Below are positions 11,501 through 22,717 of a DNA stretch of 64,000 nucleotides, one piece after another (within the stretch, counting starts at the first letter, position 1; every line of letters begins with the position of its first letter). Location of the stretch: assembly GCA_051294375.1 (NCBI GenBank), contig CM119268.1:9483216-9547215 (forward strand), given 5' to 3'. The stretch is from Paraspadella gotoi. Taxonomy: Eukaryota; Animalia; Chaetognatha. A model generated the notes under the pieces. It was not told the DNA's origin. It worked only from the letters and a program-made list of their open reading frames with translations, and did no database searches. Position numbers and translations under genes: made by a program.

Positions 11501-14298
11501 GGTCTTGTTCCGACATCTTTTCCAACCACGGATTGTGAAATCCCCAGGTCTAGAGGCATCATCCGCCAGGTTCCTTTCTTCTTTGGTGGGCGCAAGGAGG
11601 GCTGCTGAAGCAGTCGAGACAATGGCATCCCGAAGGAGGTTATGACGGCGAATTTTGTCTCCAGTAGAGGAGCAAGCTGAAATGGCGTGGTCTCCATAGA
11701 TGTCGGAAGGTCTGTCACAGGATAAGCAGGGACCAGGAGCTGGAAAGATGGGAAGCCCCAAACGGTATTTGACAGCCATGATGAAAGATTTGGGAGGTAG
11801 GCGCAAGCCAAGGGCTGGAGAAGGGATGACATTGAGGAAGTCTCCAGTTCTGGACAGGCAGACGGATTGGAGGACGGCTCGAAAACGCTCATCCAGGACC
11901 TTTGACTTGAGGTTTTTCAGCCTAGCTTCGTCCACACGTCGGGAAAGGTATTTTTGGGTGATTGAGGCATCAAGCTGAGCAGGTGGAGGAGAGGAGGCTC
12001 CGGCGGAAAGGTTGGAAAGGAGCTCTAAGGCCTGAGTGTGGTCTCGCTGACAGATGAGGGGCGAAACCAGTCGATCTACGAGTGACTTGGTCTGCAAGAT
12101 GGAGGAGACAAAGGCCGGAGCGCTGTGGGCATGGGCGCTGCGTATTCCCAAGCCGCCCAGGGAGACGGGTAAGGAAGAAAGGTCCCATTGAGGATCTGAG
12201 AGTGAGAACGAGCATCCAAGGATGGAAGCGAGAGAGGAGCATTGGGATTCATCAAAAAGAATGGCTAGGTTGGAGCTAAGGTGAGGAGCTACAGTTCTAA
12301 GGGTGTAAGAAAACTTTGGTGTTCCGAAGCAGCTGCGAAGCAGGGCATAAGCAACTTGGGGGTCACCCAAGGATTCAAGGTTGGACAAAAAGCGATTTGG
12401 GCAGAACCGATTCTCGGTTCCAAAAAGCGAAAGAGCATTTTATAATTTTAAGCCTTCTGTATATAATTAATTTCCCCTTCCTGATCTCTTACCCACACCC
12501 AGGCATCCGTAACGTCGTGCAATGCCACGGGTCCTTTGCCAGAGCGACGTGCATGCGGTGCCATGCTTCCTATTCGTGCGAAGACATTCGGGCGGAGATT
12601 TTCGACCAGATCGTCCCCAAGTGTCGTCTCTGTACCTCGGAGTCGGTGGAGGCATCAGACGGCGTCGTCAAAGGGGATGGCCCCGGCGGCGGTGACGACT
12701 GCGGCGAAAACGTTCTTCCCGATCATATCTCGACTTTGGAATCTTCTTCTCGCGACAAACCCAATCCGGACGCCGACCCGATTTCCGTTCATCCGTCCGA
12801 CGCATCGCCGACTCTCAAAAACACTTCCGCCGAACCTTCGCCCTTTCCTTTTCCCGCCACTGCCCGACCTGCCAGTGCCTTATTTCCTTCCTCTCCTACG
12901 CCCGCGCTTGAGCCCGTGATCAAACCGGATATCGTGTTCTTTGGGGAGAGTTTGCCGGAATCCTTTCACCGGCAGATAGCGAGAGACAAGGATCTGTGCG
13001 ACCTGCTCATCGTCATTGGCAGCTCTCTCAAAGTCAGACCCGTCGCCCTTATTCCAGCCTCGATCCCGTCTGGGGTGCCGCAGGTCTGTTAAGCTCGAGG
13101 TTAATGAAGATTGGAATTTATGGAATTCAAGGTTAATTTTCGTCCTTGATTTTTGTGGGCTAAATTAATTCACCCTTTTTCTTTTTCGTCCCATTTCCCT
13201 TTTCATTATCAACTTTTAAATATCAGTCGCCATTTTAATTTTTCCAATACAATTTTTTTTTTTCATTTTAAATTTAAATTTTATTCTTTTTCTTTGACTC
13301 CAGATCTTGATCAACCGCGAATCGCTACGTCACCTCGACTTCGACATCGAGTTGCTAGGCGACTGCGACGTCGTTTGCAACGAACTGCTATTGCGCCTCG
13401 GACCTGAGTGGACGAGTCACTGCGCACGGAAAACCCGGTTGGAGGAGGTCGTTTTGGAGGAGGTCGTTCAAAAAGGGTTGAGGGAAATTGAGGAAGAGAC
13501 AGAAAGAGAGAAGGAGAACGTCGATGATCGATTGAATAACGAAAACGAGAAGATCGAGCGGACGATGATAAATAACGACGCAGAGGCTGGGGAGGTGCAG
13601 TTGTCATCCGGCGGAAAGAAGGACGACGCGACTTCGACGCACGAAAGCCCAAAAAATAGTGATCCGGAAATAACATCCACAGAGTCGAGAGTTTCGCCAG
13701 AAATAAATTCTCAGGCCGAATCAGACTCCGATGCTATCGTCCCTTCCGTCGATGAAAGCCCCGTCGATGAAACGTCAAAGGCGGCCGTCTCCCCTGATTT
13801 TGCCAACTCGAACCAATCTCCGAGAAGATTTGACGCCAAATCAGCCTGGCGAAATGCTTTCGAGAAAGTTTGCTCAAGCCTTGGGTAAGACTTTGGCAGC
13901 TTTTTAAAATCAATTGCAATTCGCCCCTCCTGCCCTCCGGGGAGCAATACGTCGTTAATGCCAGTTTCCCCATTTTTAAAATTCGTTGAATGTAATTAAA
14001 TGAATTAAATGATACTAAATGAGAGCAATTCATTTTCCTCAGTTTTCGTTCTCCTCAAAACCGTCCTCCTTCGCCTTCGCTCCCTTCGACGCGCTTATCC
14101 ATCGGCAAATACCTCGAGCCTGACCAACTCCTCTTTATCCCGCCTTGCACGCACGTATTCTCCGGGGCCGAGGTGATCTACAAAGTCAGGTCTTCGGCGG
14201 AAGACGCCGCCGACGTCGCTGACGATAGCGCCGATAAAGACGACGCCGGGTCTGGCGCTGATGATAACGGCGCCGCACAAGATATATTATCAGACTAA
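8519..14298 (+). CDS. SIRT1: NAD-dependent deacetylase sirtuin-1 (class I Sir2)
   Basis: Exons at about 8519-8717, 8858-9058, 9472-9672, 9936-10087, 10159-10288, 12503-13083, 13304-13884 and 14043-14298. Motifs IVVLTGAGVSVPCGIPDFRSRDGIY, FAKEIYPGQF, TQNIDT, QCHGSF, CxxC..CxxC, KPDIVFFGE, GSSLKVRPVALIP, LINRE, LLGDCD, and the C-terminal regulatory motif LFIPPCTHVFSGAEV. Confidence 0.97.
10410..10657. mobile_element. Foldback/MITE-like inverted repeat with ~105-bp arms in a SIRT1 intron
   Basis: 10410-10516 (AGTTTGATTTGGTCTTTACATGCCAATAATATAAAAAAAGAAAAATT...CTTCAG) is the imperfect reverse complement of 10553-10657 (CTGAAG...ATTATTGGTATGTAAAGACCAATTCAAACTTAACTA). Confidence 0.8.
10658..12445. 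mobile_element. Putative non-autonomous TIR element enclosing the retrotransposon fragment
   Basis: Left AAAATGGTCTTCCGTTTTTTCGAACCGAGAATCGGTTC (10658-10695) versus right GAACCGATTCTCGGTTCCAAAAAGCGAAAGAGCATTTT (12404-12441): an imperfect ~40-bp inverted pair. Confidence 0.6.
10986..12395 (-). mobile_element. 5'-truncated non-LTR retrotransposon with a restriction-like endonuclease (CRE-clade-like), with 3' UTR and poly(A)
   Basis: ORF 11162-12388 has RT thumb-like LSSLPVSLGGLGI, then AVKYRLG, zinc knuckle CLSC-x8-H-x4-C, RRHNLLRD, RPGD...AFDVTV, K..KY and FIPLVVTTFGAW. A 22-nt poly(A) tail (T-run 10986-11007 on +). A frameshift near the C-terminus puts VCLQRENGDLL in another frame. Confidence 0.9.
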
Positions 14299-14728
14299 CC
14301 TCATATGATCTGCGGCCCGATTTAAATTTTGGAGTATAGCTATTATGTAAGGCCTTGGTCATTGGTCATGTTATTCGACGCGAATTCATTATCGTGTAAA
14401 GACATCTACTGACGCGTTGCCATTTTGATAAGTCAATTTTTGTTTGGCAATTCTTATGTTATGAAAATCCTAAACCCTTTTTTCTTCCAGTTTTTTTTTT
14501 TTAAATTTGTTTATGCAAATAATCTTTAAACTTTTAATTATGCAACATATTTTATATTTCAATTGCTTTAAATATTACCATGTATTACAAGTTTAGTGCT
14601 GCACCAGCCAGTAAAATAAATCGATTAGTTTGAGTTGAGGTTAACAAAAATATACTGTCAAAGTGAGATGCCTTCGTAACTCAAGTGTACGAGACAATAT
14701 TCAATTCGCTTTATACAAACTTTTAACC

Positions 14729-16241
14729 ATGGTCGGGCACCAAGGAGTTCCGCCTCACGCTATCTCGCACGTCAACCCTGGAAACGCCAACGCCGGTCAC
14801 GCTGGAAGCGCAGGACCTTCCAACATTTACTCTAATCCGGGAGGAACAGGGCCGCCGATGACAGCTACTGTCAGCGGGATGTCGCCCGCCGCTGTGAGCG
14901 GGCATGCCGGCCACGGCGGTCCTCCCTCCCACCCGGGGAGCGTCGGAATGGGCGGACCATCACCCTCGGGGCTCGACAGGACTGCGGCAATGGGAGGGCA
15001 AACTGGGGTGGCTTCTCGCCCCAATCCCTCAGCACAGGTTAAACGACAAGTAGTAGTGAAAAAAAAATCGGGACCTACAGTATCACCAAAGAAAACTTTT
15101 TAATCATTTTTATTGGATAGTTTCCTTTCGTTTCGTTTTTTTTTTTAGAAATTAGTATACAAAGTAGAAGTTTTGTTTTCTTTGAACAACGTTTAGTTTA
15201 TGTAATCGGACATGTTTCGGTTTATTAGTTTAAACCTTCATCAGCGCATTTGACCAATTGAAAATAAAATGTCTTTTTAGACCCTGAGAGCATCATTTGG
15301 TTACCCCGACATTTCTACAATCTTTCATCAAAGACGGTCAAAATTTTTGTCGAACCTTGTGTTAACAAATAACAAAGTTTTGTTGTACATATTATGATAC
15401 TAGGAAACAATACTTTGATTACCTAACTTATTCGTTTTCTTTTTTGTTTTGTTTTTGTTTTATTTTATTTTATCAATCTGTATTATTAATTGATATTAAT
15501 AAAAACACCTTATTAAATAAACTAAACGTTGTTCAAAGAAAACAAAAGTCTTCTACTTTGTATATTAATCATTTTTATTGTAGTTTAGCTTACATAAACA
15601 TAAATAAAGCCTTTTTCCATCGTCAAGGTCCAGCAACAACCGGAGCCGGCTCTTACGTCGGTGGAGAAGATGAAAGTGTTGACGCCGCATTTAAAAAAGT
15701 CGCTTCACCAGCTGATGCGCCTCTCGGCTGAAGCGTTTCGACGGGAGGAAGCTCCTCAAGGACGACCAGCTGCCCACGAAATCGGGCGCGCCATGGAGGA
15801 GTTTTTCTCGTGGGTTTTATTGGAAAGGGGATTGGGAGGTAGGGCCGAGGCTTTCGTCCTTTCCCTTTTTACCCTCTTCCGCGGAACCTTTTCAGTTACT
15901 GCGACCAGTTGGAGCTCCATCTTGGTGCGGCGTTGGAGGGCTTTAACCAAGTGATCCAACACCGGAAGTACCTCAATCCCGAATACCTCAAGTTCTCAAC
16001 GCCTCCCACGGCTCCGCCTCCCGACCTCGCCGCTCACTACAGAACTTTCAACTTACTCATCGAGTCCCAAGTCGCCCTATCATCGGGTCTTTACGAGGCC
16101 TTGTCGGGCTGCGCGGAGAGAGTGGCTCCGACGCCGGGCGTCGGGCAGGCGCAGCCGGGCACCGCTTTTTCCGGGCGAGGGTTGGCTGGGATTGCAGCGG
16201 CGGCGTCAGGGTCAACGGCGCCCCCGACGGCGGGGACGTGA
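14729..16241 (+). CDS. MED29: Mediator complex subunit 29 (Intersex-like)
   Basis: Exons at about 14729-15037, 15628-15809 and 15896-16241. VEKMKVLTPHLKKSLHQLMRLSA...RAMEEFFSYCDQLELHL matches the recalled Med29 core (LIPQLKESL...LEEFYALCDQLEL). Confidence 0.85.
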
Positions 16242-17060
16242 AATTGGTTCAAAAAAGCTTATTAAAGTTCATGGCCTTTTTAAAGATTTTTTCCTTGTTA
16301 CTTTTGGTAATTGTTATAAATCTACATGTATGTCTTGTATGATTTTAAATTGCTCTGCGTTATTTAGTATTTTCATTATCGAACGCTCTCTTTAATTTAT
16401 GGTCAAGGAAGACTGTCGTCATTTAAAGTAAAGTTCAATATTTAATTACATACTCTATTCTAAACTCCTTGCAATCGGAGTGCGATGTCATACTAGTGCT
16501 ATTTGTGTATGAAAGCGACCGCTTTCTTCCACTTTGATTCGACTTATGACAGTTAAGATAATCTATAGTTCCGGTTAGGAAAGGTTATGGTCCTCTCGAT
16601 CCGCTCTGGGGATTAGACCAATCTAAAAATCTCTCTTCATTTCTTCCTTCCTCTCTCTCTCTCTCTCTCCTTTGTCTTCTTTCTGTCCCATTCTTCTTTT
16701 TTCTTCCTTGATTTGTTTTTTTTTTTTGCCCTTTTTTCTACTTCTACTTCTTCTCTTGCTTGCTCTAACGTTTTTTTTTGTTTTTTTTGTTCAATGTTAT
16801 CCTCTCTCGGTTTTTTTTATTCTTTTTTCAGTTTTTTCTTTCACTCATTTCTTCTCTTTCGCGTTTCAGTCTACGAGCGAGCGCACGCCTGCCGCGCAAC
16901 TTTAGTCGAAATTTTATTTTTTTACTCTCGACGCATTTCTTTTTCTTTCTCCCAAGCCGAAATTGATTCTCCTCCACACAGATTCTTGCGCAAAACTGAT
17001 AAAACTCAACTTTTCCCCCGCGTCTTTTTTTTTATTTCCAACTCGCCCCCTTTTGGATGG

Positions 17061-19594
17061 ATGCCCCTGATCCCGAGAGAGAACTCGCACCCCTCGATGC
17101 CTGCGACTCCCCGATCTCCAACGCCAGGCCATTCAACGACGACGACCACGACGTCGCTTATCGAAGACGAGACTGTACAAGTTTCCCCGAAGGACGACGC
17201 CATCGACGAGACCATCGAAAATCCTTCGAGATCTTCCGCCTCCGCCGCTGGAGCGGCGAATAACGGAATGATGTTTCACTCATATGAGGAAGAGGAGAAC
17301 GAGCGGCTTGAGCGCGAGCATTTCCAGCGAATCATCAACGCCTTCAAATATTACAGGCGAGAGAATGAAGTGATTTTCAAGCCCTCTCTATCCCTACCAA
17401 ATAAAATTATTCACGAATACTATTTTCTTGGTTAAAATTTTGAGATTGAGGAAGAAAATTACGTGAAGATTCACCAGCGGACTTTTATTCATATAAATAT
17501 TTATTCATTGACAAATAAAACATTGTGGCGGTATATTCACACCGCCTCACGTCCACCATCCTTCAGCCAAAATCCATTGGCTCAGAGGGGAACACACCAT
17601 CCCAAGCGTAGTGTTCCATCCACAGTCCTAACGACTTCCCTCTGCGTTAGCAAAGCGAGACCGTCCTAGGGTAACCGCGCCAGTGACTGGAGGCGTCACT
17701 GAGGGTCGGAAGCCCCCAAAGCCAACAGTGAGATGCCCCTTCCCAATGGGCATCACAGGCAACCCGGCTGTTGCCATAAGTGGTGAGCCCTACTCTCGAA
17801 CACGCAACCTTCTCAGGGTACGCTACGACAAACGCCTATGCCCCTCGCGACTTTGGGTATCGCCTACGACAAACGCCTATGCCCCTGGGGTACGCTCTAC
17901 GACAAACGCCTATGCCCCCACAACTCTCGCACTCTCTCTCTCTCCCACTATGGTAACAGTCTTGTCAGACACCTCTCAGGCTTGAGGAACCTGAGTGATG
18001 TCTTGGCCCGGGGATCCTGTGGCGGTATATTCACACCGCCTCACGTCCACCATTCTTCAGCCAAAATTCCATTGGCTCAGAGGGGGAACACACCATCCCA
18101 AGCGTAGTGTTCCATCCACAGTCCTAACGACTTCCCTCTGCGTTGGCAAAGCGAGACCGTCCTAGGGTAACCGCGCCAGTGACTGGAGGCGTCACTGAGG
18201 GTCGGAAGCCCCCAAGCCAACAGTGAGATGCCCCTTCCGAATGGGCATCACAGGCAACCCGGCTGTTGCCATACATACATTTCACTACGTATCCCTTGCA
18301 TTTAATATTCATTGATCGATATTTTTTTTCATATTTACTCTTCCCCAGAACTCATTCCATGTTCCGCGTCGTTTCGGCCGAAAAATACTACCATAACCTG
18401 CCTGCTCACCACAAGGCCCTAGTCCCTTCCTTCCTTCATCATCTGGATCGCGTCAAAATGTGCGTCGCTCACAATTACGAAGTCATCCGCGCCATTATTA
18501 AAAACACTGACAAGATGTTCGAGAACGCTGACCCGGCTTCGGATCGTCGCGACATCGTCAAGGTCCTGATGAGCGGATGGCAAAAGTTTATGTCCCAACA
18601 GTCCAAAAAAATGTTCGCTGAGTTTGGATAGTGATATTGATTCTGATATTTCTTTCTCTCTTCCTGCCCTCTTCTTTCTTCTCCTATCCCTCTCTGCTCC
18701 CATTTTCTTTCTCTCTCTGTCTTTTCCTTCAGACCCACGTCCCGACGGCCATGGACATGGACAAAGTGAAGACGACGCTCAAACAGTTTGTCCGAGACTG
18801 GAGTCGGGAAGGGGCCGCCGAGCGGACCGCCTGCTACGACCCAATCGTCCGAGACATTGAGGGACGGTTCCCGCGCGATCGCTTTGACCCTGCAGAGATT
18901 CAGGTGGGAGACGGTCTAACGTCTTTGTCGTCCGTAGGCATTTTTTAAAAAAACGCATTCTCTTGACCAGGTTCTAGTCCCCGGCGCTGGTTTGGGTCGC
19001 CTCGCCTACGAGATCGCGAAACGCGGGTTTTGTTGCCAAGGCAACGAGTGGAGCCTCTTCATGCTCTTCGCCTCTAATTTCGTCCTAAACAAGTGCAGAG
19101 TCGTCGAGTCCCTCACTCTTTACCCCTACGTCCACCAATTCTCCAACAACCGGAGCTCTGACCATCAGGTGCGCGGCTGTGGAGGGACAGGGCCTACGAA
19201 CAGTTGCGGACGCTGAAAGAAATCGTGTGGAGGCGTAGACGATTGCATCGAAAAATGTTTAACTTTAAAAAAATATCATAGGTTGAACCGGTGCGAATTC
19301 CTGACGTCAGCCCAGCCGATCTTCCAGAGAACGCTCAATTCTCGATGGCGGCCGGTGAGCGATCATAGCGCCTATTTAGTACTGCATGTAGCGTTGTTGG
19401 CTTACATATCTACGGTGGGAGTACCTGTCTGTTGGTCATTGTACATTTTGATAGATCGGTTGTAAATATTGCTCCAGGATAAAACCTTCCTTTCGATAAT
19501 TTTAGCCACTAAATTTTCTTTGCTCTCTTTTCTCCTTTCATCGAGGGACTGAGACTTAAAAGGCAGACAGAAAGAGAGAAAGAGAGACCAGATA

Positions 19595-19632
<38 letters not shown>

Positions 19633-20281
19633 GGAGATATAGATCGATCATAGCTTCTCCTTTTAGGCGACTTTCTCGAAGTTTATCGGCAACCGGAAGT
19701 TTGGGACGTCGTGGCGACGGCGTTCTTTCTCGACACGGCTCATAACGTCATCGCATACGTGGAGACGATATGGAACATCCTGCGCCACGGGGGAATCTGG
19801 ATCAATGTGGGTTAGTGTTTTTCTCTTTTTTTACTTCTGAGGGTTTACATGGAAATTGTTTTTTGTGTATGGAATAGAAATGTAATTATGGTTTGGAAAA
19901 TTCGGAGAGATATGAGAGCGAAATTAACGATGACGAGGATTGCTTAAGTCTTCATTTCGGGTGTTTTTTCATGTCGCCAGATTGTCCCTTTGGTAAGGTC
20001 TTCTTACCTCAGCAATGCTTTGTCATCCTTTAGGCCCCCTTCTCTACCATTTCGCCGACATGCCTAACGAGTCCTCCATCGAACTCTCCTACGAGGATCT
20101 CCGCAAAGTCATCCTACAATTCGGTTTTGTTCTGCTCAAGGAAGAGCTCGACGTTCGCACCACCTACACGCAGAATCCCCACTCGATGCTCAAATACGAA
20201 TACGAGTGCGTCTACTTCGTCGCGGAGAAACCGGAGGGGAGCGGGGGTGGGAGGGAGGCCGAGTACAACGGGACGGTTTGA
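17061..20281 (+). CDS. CARNMT1: Carnosine N-methyltransferase (N2227 family)
   Basis: [97 protein letters not shown]. Exons start at about 17061, 18349, 18733, 18971, 19282, 19667 and 20033. The start codon is uncertain (17061 or 17097). Confidence 0.95.
17524..18273 (+). mobile_element. TRIM-like non-autonomous LTR retroelement (750 bp) in CARNMT1 intron 1
   Basis: Direct repeats 17524-17778 and 18018-18273, about 255 bp, with about 6 differences. Termini are TGTGGC...GCCATA. A PBS-like TGGTGAGCCCTAC lies at 17781, just after the 5' repeat. The ~240-bp interior has no credible coding capacity. Flanks share (A)CAT, a possible TSD. Confidence 0.85.
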
Positions 20282-21328
20282 AGAGAATGATAATGTTGGT
20301 TGGTGGGGGTGCGCGACTGGACCTTTAGCCTATTCAGAGGAAAAATAGAAATAACCCGTCTTGTGAATTACAATACATATAGGGAGAAGAATCTTTATTC
20401 TCAAAGAGAGGATTGGGATAGATATGCCCTTCGATCACGTTCTGCCTTGTGCCCTCGCGACTTTTCCGTGTTCGTGGGCGAGAGCCGTGAAACTGACTCT
20501 TGTGTTCAGTTTCTAACAAAAAAGTATTTATTTAATTTTCCACTTTCCTAACACTTATTTAACTTTGCAACATACCTAAGCTTATTCATTTAGAATTTTA
20601 GGCATCATAAATTACATTAATAATTTTTCGCATCATTTTTTGTTGGAGCATTCTTACTAAAAAAAATATTTTTTTTGGTATTGTATGGATATTGTATTAT
20701 TAGGCTTTATTCACTTCTTTTCATCAAGGCCAATTAGTTGATTATTTCCATCTTTCGTTTCGTTTTGAACTCCCGTCCATCGCTCGTCTTTAATTGTATT
20801 AATCAACTGTTTTAAACGAAAAACCTTATTTATTTGGTTGATCGTCAGTTTTATTATCATTGTATTAGTCTTCGTATTATTTTGTAGTGATTTTTACTAT
20901 AAATTTGATATTTAGACTTTACAATTTTTTTCCTAAAAAATGGTTGGCAACTAGGTTGAGGCTTTCTACTGATTAAATCGTTCAGGGTTGACCAAACGCT
21001 TATCATGATCAGATCAGCCTGTGCAAACGGACCTTCAACGAAATTACATTTTGTTAAGCTGTTTTATTATTTACAGAAAAGCTGATAGTAAAGTATTCAT
21101 AATTTTGGATGAGTGTCTTTGAAGAAATTAAAAAGGGATTTATATTTATAATTTATAATTTTCTCTAAGAATAAACGGACATATAACGATATTTCAGCAA
21201 GCCTTCTGCTCTGAAGGAAATTTGGGCGTATTATGCTTCAACGCTTCTTGGATCCATGAACCGAACGACAGAAGTTGATCGTCAGGTAAATCTCAGTTCG
21301 GTATCGTTCAATTGGGAAAAGCCTCAAC

Positions 21329-21351
21329 GCCTTTCGCCTTCCGCCATTTTG
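21329..21351 (+). promoter_or_regulatory. Putative TCT/5'TOP start site plus YY1-like CCGCCATTTT for RPL18
   Basis: GCCTTTCGCCTTCCGCCATTTT about 290 bp upstream of the RPL18 ATG, with a candidate 5'UTR intron GT(21359)...TTTTAG(21599). This arrangement is typical of ribosomal-protein promoters. Confidence 0.45.
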
Positions 21352-21626
21352 GAAAAGAGTGAAGCCGATCGCATGATAACTTTACGTCGTTGAAATATCA
21401 AGACAGAAAACTAGATAAAATCTAACCATATACAGATTTTGTTCACCTTTATTTTGAACTTTCATTTTTGTGGATGTCACATGTAAACTAATTCGGTAAA
21501 TAATTCCCCATAAGTTAAAAAAAGTTAACTGCTGTTCTCTTCATCTCCCTTATAATCTTTAAAACATGGCTTTGATTCATTGATCTATTTAAGTTTTAGA
21601 AAAAAAATTGTAAAAAAGGTTTAAAC

Positions 21627-22556
21627 ATGGGCGTAGACATTTGCCACAAGTACATGCGCAAAGTGCGACGAACGGAACCAAAAAGCAAAGATATTTATCT
21701 TCGGCTCCTCGTGAAATTGTACAGGTTCTTAGCAAGAAGAACTGAGTCCAAGTTCAACAAGGTACGAAGAGAAGACTTTTTGTAATTATCCAATTTATTT
21801 CGGTAAAGTGTGCAAGTTGTCATCGTTTTTTATTTAGGTTGTCCTCAAGCGACTTTACATGAGTCGGGTGAACCGGCCTCCTATGTCAATTGCTCGTGTT
21901 TCGAGAATGATGAAGAAACCAGGTCAGGTCTATTATAGTTTGTTTCAATCAGAAAGAAGTTATCTTTTTCTAATTATAGATCACATAATGATTTTATCAA
22001 TGACTCTCATAAAAGGTCGAGATGGGAAAACTGCTGTCGTGGTCGGTACAGTCACCGACGACCCGCGTCTTCTTCAAGTTCCTAAGTTAAAGTTGACGGC
22101 GATGCACGTCACGGCGAGAGCCAGGGAACGCATTCTCAAGGTGAACCCGACTGAGGTGTTATTTGTCGGACTAATAATAGAAATTATCTTTGTGATTTTT
22201 AATTCAGGCGGGAGGCGAAGTGATGACGTTCGATCGTCTCGCACTCGACTCTCCCAAGGGTCAAAACACAGTTCTCATCCAGGTGAGGCTTTTCTCTCTC
22301 TCCCTCCCTTCCTCCCACTCTCCCCTTCTCCTCTTCCTCCCTCTCTCCGCCTTCTCGCTCCCCCCTCTTTTCGGGCCTCTTCTTTTATTTCTGCCTTCAT
22401 TCTTATCAGGGCCGCCGCTCCGCCCGCACGGCCAACCGTTACTTCGGCAAGGCTCCCGGACAGCCGCACTCGGACACGCGCCCCCGCGTCCGGGCCAAGG
22501 GTCGCAAGTTCGAACGCGCTCGTGGCCGACGCCCCGGTTGCGGCTTTAAAGTTTAG
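21627..22556 (+). CDS. RPL18: 60S ribosomal protein L18 (eL18)
   Basis: [39 protein letters not shown]...[10 protein letters not shown]...[11 protein letters not shown]...[16 protein letters not shown]...[17 protein letters not shown]; 5 exons; AATAAA at about 22675. Confidence 0.98.
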
Positions 22557-22717
22557 TCAGCTACGACTTGTGGCCTCGCGAGATTTCTACGTCTATGAAC
22601 AGAACGAATTTGCCTTTTTCAATTAGTAATTTTGATCTATCTTCTTAAATACAATTTTTGTATTAAGTATAAGAAATAAAAGGCTTCCAAACTTTTAGTT
22701 GCTATTTATTTATTAAA

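Noticed and set aside
13868-14100. Apparent phase mismatch at the last SIRT1 intron
   Set aside because: A recount shows GG|GTAAGA (phase 2) joins CAG|T in frame with the conserved C-terminal motif.
17815-17920. CRISPR-like repeat-spacer array
   Set aside because: Only three repeats, linkers 11-19 nt and related to each other, no cas genes, and located in a eukaryotic intron.
18018-18140. Hammerhead or twister ribozyme in the LTR
   Set aside because: CTGAAGA occurs on the - strand of one LTR only and lacks a properly placed GAAA/stem II. UCCCAAGC is present but the twister pseudoknot partners are not in order.
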